From: a virus
Lineage: Duplodnaviria > Caudoviricetes
IMG/VR virus record: IMGVR_UViG_2684623061_000001
Span: 1,800-65,799 of that record
DNA length: 64,000 nucleotides
Strand: one strand, 5' to 3'
Below the pieces are notes generated by a model that saw only the letters and a program-made list of their open reading frames with translations, did not search any database and was not told where the DNA came from. The position numbers and the translations under genes are program-made. Shown piece by piece: positions 56,882 through 64,000 of this stretch (position 1 is the first letter of the stretch; each line of letters begins with the position of its first letter).

Positions 56882-58591
56882 ATGCCGTGGACCGCCCTGT
56901 GGCCGCTGACCTTCAGCGGTCAGGGCGACTATTTCACCTCGCCGCCGGTCTGGGATGGCCGCGCCAGCGGCGCGCTCGGCTCGGAGCCGCGATTCGGTGC
57001 GCGCTCTGTGGCGGTGCCGCAGCACATCGCGGACCAACGCTGCGGCGCGCTGCAGGCGATGTTCGGCGACGACTTCTTCGACCGGATTCACGTCGAGCCG
57101 CGAGTACTCAACCTGGGCAACGTCAGCAGCGTGCAGCAGCGCGCTGTGCACGTCTGGAATTCCTACCGCGCCCGGGCCCTGACGCTAACCGATGCCGCGC
57201 TGGTGGCTGGCGAAGGCATCGTACTTACGGCGCCCGGTGCAACGCCGCTGCCGTTCGCTCCGCTATCGGAGCGGACGTGGCAAATCGCAGTCGGCACCGA
57301 TGGCCCTCCGGTCATTGCTGCGACGCTGTCGTTTCAGTTCGCCGGGTTCGGCGCGATCCCGATCGTCATCACTGGCCAGCGCATCGTCGCCTGGGCCTTT
57401 GCCCCGGATTGGTCGCGCGGCGTGCTTGAACGGCTGGCGTGGAAGACCGACATCCTGACCAGCCCGACGCACATCGAGCAGCGCCGTGGCCTGCGCTCCA
57501 CACCGCGCAGTTCGTTCGAGGCCACGATGATCGTGGATGGCCGCGAACGGGTGCTGCTGGACTTGGCCGTGTTCGGCTGGGGCGGACGGACCTGGGCGTT
57601 GCCGATCTGGCCCGACGTACAGTGGCTTGCAAACGAGCATGCACTCGGCGTGCGGGTCATTGCCTGCGATCCAGCGCATCGGGACTTCCGTGTTGGCGGC
57701 CTGGTGCAGTTGCGCGGCAAGACCGCCTTCGAGGTCGAGGTGGCTGAGGTCGAGGACATTGGTGCCGCCTCGATCACGCTGCGGCATCCTACGACAAGAG
57801 CCTGGCCAGGCGGCACGCGGCTGTATCCGGTGCGGACCGCCCGATTGGCCGAGCCGCCGAAAGTCACGCGCCTGTCCGATCAAGCTGCATCCGTCAGCGC
57901 CCGCTTCGACATTGTCGAGTCCTGTGACTGGCCAACCGTGGCGGACGCACCGATGTATCGCGGCCATCCCGTGTTGGCGAAGCGGCCGGATGAAACCGAG
58001 GCCCTGTCGAGCGGCTGGCAGCGGGCGTTGTTGACGCTGGACAACGAGTTCGGCCGACCCTTCGTAATGGACCCAGCCGACTGGGCGGCGGTATCGCAGG
58101 CCCACCATTGGCGCATGCACGGCCGCGCCGAGCGGGCGACGGTCCGCTCCTGGCTGTACACCCTGCGGGGCCGCCAGCGCGCCGTCTGGCGGCCGACCCA
58201 CGCCGACGACCTGGTCCTGGTCGCCAACCTCGCCGGCACGGCCACGGCGCTGGATGTGGCGAACGTGGGGCTGGCGCGGTTCGCTGGCCTACGGCCCGGA
58301 CGACGCGACCTACGGATCGAGTTGCGGGATGGCCAGGCCTTCCACCGTCGGATCACCGCCGCGGTGGCGTTGGACGACAAGATCGAGCGGCTGACGATCG
58401 ATGCGGCCCTCGGCGTGGATGTGCGTCCCCAAGCGGTCCAGCGCATCAGCTTCCTGGTGCTCAGCCGCGGCGACAGCGACGAGGCCGAGATCGAGCACCA
58501 CACCGACAGCGACGGCGCCGCCGACGCTTCCCTTGTCCTTCGCGCGGTGCGCGACCCCGATAGCGACGACAGCGGCCCCGCACCGGCATGA
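56882..58591 (+). CDS. Tail protein (distal tail/baseplate-like)
   Basis: DFFDRIHVEP, PDWSRGVLERLAWKTDIL..EQRRGLR. Confidence 0.75.
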   Translation: MPWTALWPLTFSGQGDYFTSPPVWDGRASGALGSEPRFGARSVAVPQHIADQRCGALQAMFGDDFFDRIHVEPRVLNLGNVSSVQQRAVHVWNSYRARALTLTDAALVAGEGIVLTAPGATPLPFAPLSERTWQIAVGTDGPPVIAATLSFQFAGFGAIPIVITGQRIVAWAFAPDWSRGVLERLAWKTDILTSPTHIEQRRGLRSTPRSSFEATMIVDGRERVLLDLAVFGWGGRTWALPIWPDVQWLANEHALGVRVIACDPAHRDFRVGGLVQLRGKTAFEVEVAEVEDIGAASITLRHPTTRAWPGGTRLYPVRTARLAEPPKVTRLSDQAASVSARFDIVESCDWPTVADAPMYRGHPVLAKRPDETEALSSGWQRALLTLDNEFGRPFVMDPADWAAVSQAHHWRMHGRAERATVRSWLYTLRGRQRAVWRPTHADDLVLVANLAGTATALDVANVGLARFAGLRPGRRDLRIELRDGQAFHRRITAAVALDDKIERLTIDAALGVDVRPQAVQRISFLVLSRGDSDEAEIEHHTDSDGAADASLVLRAVRDPDSDDSGPAPA

Positions 58592-59403
58592 GCTTCGAGC
58601 AACTGGAACGATCGACTGCCGCGGGCAACCCGCGGCGGTTATACGAGTTCGTGCGCGGCGCCCAGCGCTGGCGCTACACCGGGGGCGACCGCGACTTCGC
58701 CCTAGACACACAGACCTACCGGGCGGTTGCCGTTCGAGACGACGGTATTCGCCAGTCGGGGCATACCGCCAGCGACATGCTGACGATCACTGCGCCGGGT
58801 GATTTCGAGGTCGCACGTCTGTACCGCGGTCTGCCGCCGTCGAGCGAGGTGGCCGTTGTCGTCCGCGATGTCCACGAATCCGACGGCGATGCGCGGGTGG
58901 TCTGGATGGGCCGCGTCGCCGGCGTGAACCGGCCGTCACTGGAAAGCACCGAGGTCCGGTGCCAGTCGCTCGATGCCGCGCTCGGACAGCCCGGGTTGCG
59001 GTTGGCGTGGACGCGCGGTTGCCCCTACACGCTCTACGACCGCAACTGCCGGGTCAATCCCGAGTCATATCGCGTTCCGGCGTCGCTGACGACGCTCGCG
59101 GGCAACGTCGTCACCGCCGGCATCTTCAGCCAATACCCGGACGGCTGGTTTGCGGGTGGCTTCCTGGCGTGGGATCTGGGCGAGGCCGGTTTGGAGCGGC
59201 GCGGCATCCGCACGCATATCGGCGAGCGTCTGGTCCTGCTTGGCGCCGGAGACGGTCTGCGCATCGGCCAGACCGTGGTCGCCTATCCCGGCTGCGGCCG
59301 GTCGATGGCGATTTGCCACGCCAAGTTCAACAACGCCCCGAACTACGGCGGCGTGCCCGGGCTGCCGGGCAAATCGCCGTTCGACGGCACGCCCCTCTTC
59401 TGA
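58588..59403 (+). CDS. Phage BR0599/DUF2163 baseplate hub protein
   Basis: LYEF..WRYT, CPYTLYDRNC, YPGC..C..KFNN..NYGG. Confidence 0.85.
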   Translation: MSFEQLERSTAAGNPRRLYEFVRGAQRWRYTGGDRDFALDTQTYRAVAVRDDGIRQSGHTASDMLTITAPGDFEVARLYRGLPPSSEVAVVVRDVHESDGDARVVWMGRVAGVNRPSLESTEVRCQSLDAALGQPGLRLAWTRGCPYTLYDRNCRVNPESYRVPASLTTLAGNVVTAGIFSQYPDGWFAGGFLAWDLGEAGLERRGIRTHIGERLVLLGAGDGLRIGQTVVAYPGCGRSMAICHAKFNNAPNYGGVPGLPGKSPFDGTPLF

Positions 59404-59419
59404 TTCGCGGAATCTCGTC

Positions 59420-59656
59420 ATGAACATCTGGGTCCAGCTCGCGATCTGGGTCATCAGCTATTTCGTCTCGGCGGCCGCACGGCCGAAACCGCCGCAACCC
59501 AAGCCGGCCGCATTCGGCGATTTCCAGTTCCCGCAAAGCACCGAGGGCACGCCGCAGTCGGTGGTGTTCGGCGATGTGTGGACCCCGGACTGGATGGTGC
59601 TGGGCGTCGGCCAGTACCGGACCCAGCCAATCAAACAGAAGGGCGGCAAGAAGTGA
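59420..59656 (+). CDS. Small tail assembly protein
   Basis: FPQSTEGTPQSVVFGDVW. Confidence 0.75.
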   Translation: MNIWVQLAIWVISYFVSAAARPKPPQPKPAAFGDFQFPQSTEGTPQSVVFGDVWTPDWMVLGVGQYRTQPIKQKGGKK

Positions 59657-59874
59657 TCGTGACCCTGGATCACCTACGTCGCGCGCCGGGGTTCGGAGCG
59701 CGACCGGGCTTCTGTGCGCGAGGTGGACGCGAGTGGTTTGCCTACTACGGCCTGGACTGGAGCGCGTTCTTGCGCGACGGCATCGACGCCGAGGTCATCG
59801 AAGCGACTGGGGATGCCTTGGGCCTGCACCTGGTCGCGTTCGCGCGCGCGGAGGCTGAGCGTGGGCAGCAGTAA
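59653..59874 (+). CDS. Small tail-associated protein
   Basis: GFCARGGREWF..GLDWSAFLRDGI. Confidence 0.75.
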   Translation: MIVTLDHLRRAPGFGARPGFCARGGREWFAYYGLDWSAFLRDGIDAEVIEATGDALGLHLVAFARAEAERGQQ

Positions 59875-62074
59875 GAAACAGACGGTCGGACATCGATATT
59901 TGTTCGGGCTGCACATGGGCCTATCGCGCGGTCCGCTGGACGAGCTCGTCGAGATCCGGGTTGGCGATCGCGAAGCCTGGAAGGGCTCGCTCACCAAAAC
60001 CGGCCGCCTCTTCATCAACAAACCCGACCTCTTCGGCGGCGACAAGGGCGAAGGCGGGATCAAGGGCTGGCTCGATGTGCTGATGGGAGAAGCGGCCCAG
60101 GCGGTGCTGCCGGCATTGGGCGCGCTGCACGGCGTCCCCACGCCGGCCTTCCGCAACGTCACCACCCAATACTTCGACGGCCAGATCGCGGCCAACAATC
60201 CGTATCCGAAGCCCTGGAAGATGCGCGTTCGCCGCGCATTGGCCGGCTGGGACGGCTCGCCGTGGTACCCCGAGAAGGCGGTGATCTTGCTCGCCAACGG
60301 TGCGGTCCGGGCGATGAACCCGGCACACATCCTGGTCGAGTGCCTGACCAACCGCGATTGGGGCCGAGGCCTGGATCGGGGCGTGCTGGACGAGACGAGC
60401 TATCGTGCCGCCGCCGACACCCTGCATGCCGAAGGGTTTGGGCTGTGCCTGCGGTGGAACCGGCAGTCGTCGATCGCCGACTTCATGCAGGTCGTGATCG
60501 ATCACGTCGGCGCGGCGCAGTACACCGATCGCTCGACCGGTCGGCTGACCTTGAAGCTGCTGCGCGACGATTACCGGGTCGAAGACCTGCCGGTGTTCGA
60601 CTACGAGTCGGGCCTGCTGGCGATCGAGGAAGACGAGGGAGCAGCGCAAGACGGTGCGATCAACCAGCTGATCATCACCTGGTACGACCCCATCAAGGAC
60701 GAAGAGCGACAGATCCGCGTCGAGGATCTGGCCGGTATCCAAGCCACTGGCGGAGTGGCCTGCAGCACCACGGAGTACAAGGGCCTGCCGACCGCAGAGC
60801 TGGCGGGGCGGGTCGGCATGCGCGACCTGACTGTCGCCTGTTCCGGGCTCAAGCGGTTGAAGCTGCGCTTCGACCGCCGCGGCGGCATCCTTGCGCCCGG
60901 CGGCGTGTTCCGTATCCGCGAGCCGTTTCGCGGCCTGGACAACTTGGTCTTACGGGTCGGGACGTTTGACGACGGCAAGCTGACCGAGGGGGCGATCACG
61001 GTCGCCGCGGTGCAGGACGTTTTCGGCTTGCCGGCAACGGCCTATCTGGAACCGCAACCGCCGGTCTGGACGCCGCCGGATCGCATTCCGCAGCCGTCGC
61101 CCAATCGGCGCTTGATCGAGGCGAGTTACCGCGACTTGGCCACCACGCTCAATGCCACGGAGTTGGCGGCTGTGCCGGTCGATGCCGGTGCCGTTCTGGC
61201 GGTGGCCGAACAAGTGGGCGGCCTGGCGCTGAACTACGTGCTGACCACCCGTGTCGGCAGCGGCGAGTTCAGCGAGGCCGGCATCGGCGATTGGTGCCCC
61301 ACCGCGGTGCTGGCCGAGGCAATGACCGCCACCACGGTGGCGGTACAGTTGGCCGCCGGTCGAGGGCTGGACCAGATCACGGCCAGCACGGCCGCACTGC
61401 TGGAGGACGAGGTCGTCCGCGTCGTCGCCGTCGACCCGCAGGCGCAGACCGCGACATTGGCGCGCGGCTGCGCCGACACCGTGCCGGTGCCGCACGCAAC
61501 CGGCGCACGGCTTTGGTTCTATGACGACTGCGCCGCCGCCGATCCGAACGACTACAGCGTCGGCGAAACCGTGCAGGCGAAACTGCTGACGCGCACGTCC
61601 AGCGCGCAGCTCGATCCCGCGCTGGCGCCGGTGGACGTGGTCAAACTGGCCCAGCGCCAAGCGCGTCCCTATCCACCGGCTGATCTGAAACTCAACGGCC
61701 TGCGCTATCCGCCGTCGATCGACGGCGACCTGGTGGTAACCTGGGCCCACCGAGACCGGCGACTCCAAGCGGACCAACTAGTCGACCACGGGCAGGGATC
61801 GATCGGCCCGGAGGCCGGCACAGCCTATGTGTTGCGGTTTCTGGACGACATTGCCGAACGCGTGCTGGACAACCCGGCAGCGATGGCCGGCACCAGATAC
61901 TCCGCGCCACTCAAAGGCGCTTACCGACTGCGCGCGGAAGTGGGCTCGACTCGCGACAGTCTGACGAGCTGGCAAAAGGCTACCCACACCTTCGACTTCA
62001 AGAACGGACTGCTGCGCACGGAGACTGGCGACCAGTTGGTCACGGAGGCGGGCGACTACCTGCTCATCGAGTAA
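59861..62074 (+). CDS. Tail tip / central tail protein
   Basis: GSSKKQTVGHRY, LFGGDKGEGG, NNPYPKPW, MNPAHILVEC, EGFGL, RGCADTVP. Confidence 0.85.
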   Translation: MGSSKKQTVGHRYLFGLHMGLSRGPLDELVEIRVGDREAWKGSLTKTGRLFINKPDLFGGDKGEGGIKGWLDVLMGEAAQAVLPALGALHGVPTPAFRNVTTQYFDGQIAANNPYPKPWKMRVRRALAGWDGSPWYPEKAVILLANGAVRAMNPAHILVECLTNRDWGRGLDRGVLDETSYRAAADTLHAEGFGLCLRWNRQSSIADFMQVVIDHVGAAQYTDRSTGRLTLKLLRDDYRVEDLPVFDYESGLLAIEEDEGAAQDGAINQLIITWYDPIKDEERQIRVEDLAGIQATGGVACSTTEYKGLPTAELAGRVGMRDLTVACSGLKRLKLRFDRRGGILAPGGVFRIREPFRGLDNLVLRVGTFDDGKLTEGAITVAAVQDVFGLPATAYLEPQPPVWTPPDRIPQPSPNRRLIEASYRDLATTLNATELAAVPVDAGAVLAVAEQVGGLALNYVLTTRVGSGEFSEAGIGDWCPTAVLAEAMTATTVAVQLAAGRGLDQITASTAALLEDEVVRVVAVDPQAQTATLARGCADTVPVPHATGARLWFYDDCAAADPNDYSVGETVQAKLLTRTSSAQLDPALAPVDVVKLAQRQARPYPPADLKLNGLRYPPSIDGDLVVTWAHRDRRLQADQLVDHGQGSIGPEAGTAYVLRFLDDIAERVLDNPAAMAGTRYSAPLKGAYRLRAEVGSTRDSLTSWQKATHTFDFKNGLLRTETGDQLVTEAGDYLLIE

Positions 62075-62076
62075 CT

Positions 62077-62517
62077 ATGGCGAATCAGAAACTGTCCCAA
62101 CTGCCGGCCGCCAGCGCGCTGACCGGCACCGAGCTCATACCCGTCGTGCAAGGCGTGCAAACGCGAAGTACGAGCGCGGCAGCGATCGCCGACCTCCGTA
62201 AGGGCGCATGGCAGGTGCCGACGCTCAACGCGCCGTGGACGAACTATGGCGACGTTTTCGCGTCAGCCGGCTACCGACGCGATGGAGGCCGGGTCCAGTT
62301 GCGAGGCCTGGTCAAGGCCGGAGCTGGCGGAACCGTTATCTTCGTGCTCCCGTTAGGCTTCCGCCCGCCCGCGCAGCAGATTTATACGGCCGTGAGCGAC
62401 TCGAGCGCTCCGACTCGCATCGACGTCAAAACCAACGGCGAAGTGCTGGTATCGCAGCCGAGTTCCGGGGTTCTCGGCTGGCTATCTATTGATGGCGTGA
62501 CCTATTTCATGGATTAG
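62077..62517 (+). CDS. Short tail fibre / receptor-binding-like protein
   Basis: KLSQLPAASALTGTELIPVVQ; VQLRGLVK..IFVLPLGFRP. Confidence 0.65.
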   Translation: MANQKLSQLPAASALTGTELIPVVQGVQTRSTSAAAIADLRKGAWQVPTLNAPWTNYGDVFASAGYRRDGGRVQLRGLVKAGAGGTVIFVLPLGFRPPAQQIYTAVSDSSAPTRIDVKTNGEVLVSQPSSGVLGWLSIDGVTYFMD

Positions 62518-62527
62518 CAATCATACG

Positions 62528-62555
62528 CAAAAAGAAAGGCCCCGTTTCCGGGGCC
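62528..62555 (-). terminator. Intrinsic terminator
   Basis: GGCCCCG-TTTC-CGGGGCC followed by TTTCTTTTT on the minus strand. Confidence 0.75.
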
Positions 62556-62577
62556 CCTCTGATCATCTAGATCAAGC

Positions 62578-63255
62578 TTACTTCCAAGATGCAATTTCTT
62601 TTTTCAGATCCGGATCCTCAGCCAGCTCCGTTAGTAGTTGAGCAACCTCGGGATCTTTCTTGCGACGACTTCTAAGAACCTTGAGCAAAAGAACTCGGCT
62701 TTCGCCATTTGAGCGATCCTTAACGAGTGAAATGAACTCGGGCAATGTTTGCTCGGTCACCGCAGATCGTACCGCCAATGCTAAACCCTCTTTCGCGCAA
62801 AGAGCATATTCCTTAGTTTCACATGGCGCTATAAATCCCCTTCCCGTTGGGGCGTTTCGATATTCTGCGACAAGCATGGGCCAAGCAGCCCGGACAGCTG
62901 GTTCCGGAACTGCTAAACATCGCGCAATGCCATCGCGTGTAGCATCAGAGTAGGGAAGTTTAAGGTGCCTCAGGAGGATAGGTATTGCCTCGGGGTATGG
63001 TCCTGGATCATTGACAAGCCCCCAGATTGATTCCTCAACAACACCAACCTTCCGCAATTCCTCCAGGATTACTCTCTGTTCTTCCCTTAAACGAACTTCG
63101 CGCGCGGCACGTTCTTGCATCCGTCGGGAATTTATTGCTTTAAGCCTGTGCACTTCGTCATTCGTGAGCTTCAGGCGAATTGACTCATCAACAGTGAGAG
63201 CCTCTAGCTGCTCGTCCGTCAGTGGAATGCGGGTGGGCAGATTTCTATTGCTCAT
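62578..63255 (-). CDS. Hypothetical helical protein, tandem paralog 2 (possible immunity protein)
   Basis: AGGAG RBS; PYPEAIPILL.HL.LPYSD.TRDG; ends DPDLKKEIASWK. Confidence 0.8.
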   Translation of the reverse strand: MSNRNLPTRIPLTDEQLEALTVDESIRLKLTNDEVHRLKAINSRRMQERAAREVRLREEQRVILEELRKVGVVEESIWGLVNDPGPYPEAIPILLRHLKLPYSDATRDGIARCLAVPEPAVRAAWPMLVAEYRNAPTGRGFIAPCETKEYALCAKEGLALAVRSAVTEQTLPEFISLVKDRSNGESRVLLLKVLRSRRKKDPEVAQLLTELAEDPDLKKEIASWK

Positions 63256-63277
63256 CGAACCGCTCCTGCTATGGAAG

Positions 63278-63301
63278 AAAGGCCCCGTTGCCGGGGCCTT
63301 T
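63278..63301 (-). terminator. Terminator-like hairpin between the paralogs
   Basis: AAAGGCCCCG-TTGC-CGGGGCCTTT, near-copy of the 62538 hairpin. Confidence 0.65.
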
Positions 63302-63319
63302 GAACAGCACTTGCTCTTG

Positions 63320-64000
63320 CTATTTCCAGGATGCGATCTCTTTCTTCAAATCAGGATCGCCTGCTAGTTCCGCGATGACCTGAGCGATCTGGGGATCTTT
63401 CTTACGCCGCTTCTTCAAAACTGATAGCAATAAAACTCGGCCTTCACCTTGCGACCGGTCTCGAACAAGCGAAATAAACTCGGGAAGAGTTGCCTCAGTA
63501 ACTGCCATCGTAAGGGCGCAAGCCAATCCGTCTTTAGCTCCCAATGGCCATTCTTCGGTTTCGCCGGGTGCCACAATGCCGCGACCAGTTGGACAGGTAA
63601 TGTATTGCTGAACCAGGATTGGCCAAGCCGCGTGTACTTCAGGCTCAGGGACCGCAAGGGCCCGCGCCAATCCATCCCTGGTTACATCCGAATAAGGCAG
63701 TTGCAAATGCTTCAGGAGAATCGGAATTGCCTCTGGATAGGGTTCTGTTCGCTTCAACAAGCTCCAGATGGATTCTGTCAGTACGCCCACACCCCTTAGT
63801 TCGGACAGTATGGGCTTCTGCTCAATTCCAGTCATCTTCGCGCGGTATGCGCCCTTAACCTTTCTTGCCTCATTTATCGCCCGTAGCCTTGCGTTCTCAT
63901 CTTCTGAGAACTTACCGTACGCCAAATCGTCCGGACTAAGCCGCTCGAGCTCAGCGTCTGTGAGTGGCGCGCGGGACGCTGGTGATTTTCGGAGACTCAT
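63320..64000 (-). CDS. Hypothetical helical protein, tandem paralog 1
   Basis: Same motifs and identical C-terminus as 62578-63255. Confidence 0.8.
   Translation of the reverse strand: MSLRKSPASRAPLTDAELERLSPDDLAYGKFSEDENARLRAINEARKVKGAYRAKMTGIEQKPILSELRGVGVLTESIWSLLKRTEPYPEAIPILLKHLQLPYSDVTRDGLARALAVPEPEVHAAWPILVQQYITCPTGRGIVAPGETEEWPLGAKDGLACALTMAVTEATLPEFISLVRDRSQGEGRVLLLSVLKKRRKKDPQIAQVIAELAGDPDLKKEIASWK

Larger units (their letters stand above)
1..62517. mobile_element. Lambda-like siphovirus prophage (boundaries approximate; att sites not identified)
   Basis: Colinear integration, replication, methylase, terminase, portal, protease, capsid, tail, lysis and distal tail modules. Confidence 0.93.

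Noticed and set aside
54353-62517. Diversity-generating retroelement or invertible tail-fibre system
   Set aside because: No reverse transcriptase, no TR/VR pair and no invertase near the tail genes

Overview
GC-rich proteobacterial DNA (the DUF11 adhesin/beta-barrel locus suggests Xanthomonadaceae, an inference). It is almost entirely one lambda-like siphovirus prophage. From left to right: a large serine recombinase/DUF2924 integration module (0.4-4.1 kb); a recombination/replication module with a P4-type primase-helicase and a palindromic ori candidate (4.7-13.9 kb); a lambda-like cos candidate (15.2 kb); two DNA methyltransferases, one split across overlapping reading frames (15.3-17.7 kb); an array of small-gene expression cassettes, each headed by the same 31-bp motif CTTGGCTT-N11-GAAGCGTTCATG (17.7-26.1 kb); packaging and head genes with a class 3 intein in TerL; and tail genes with a -1 frameshift chaperone and an embedded lysis cassette. 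A 13-kb cargo (giant CshA/GEVED/DUF11/OmpA adhesin plus a large outer-membrane partner) splits the tail operon, followed by distal tail genes and two tandem paralogous genes of unknown function. The most striking signal is two near-identical IS110/IS1111 elements inserted at exactly the same nucleotide of the repeated motif. Their non-coding right end contains sequences matching both halves of that target and both halves of the element's own circle junction, i.e. a bridge/seek RNA apparently programmed against the prophage's repeated promoter. No tRNA, rRNA or CRISPR array was seen, and att sites were not identified.
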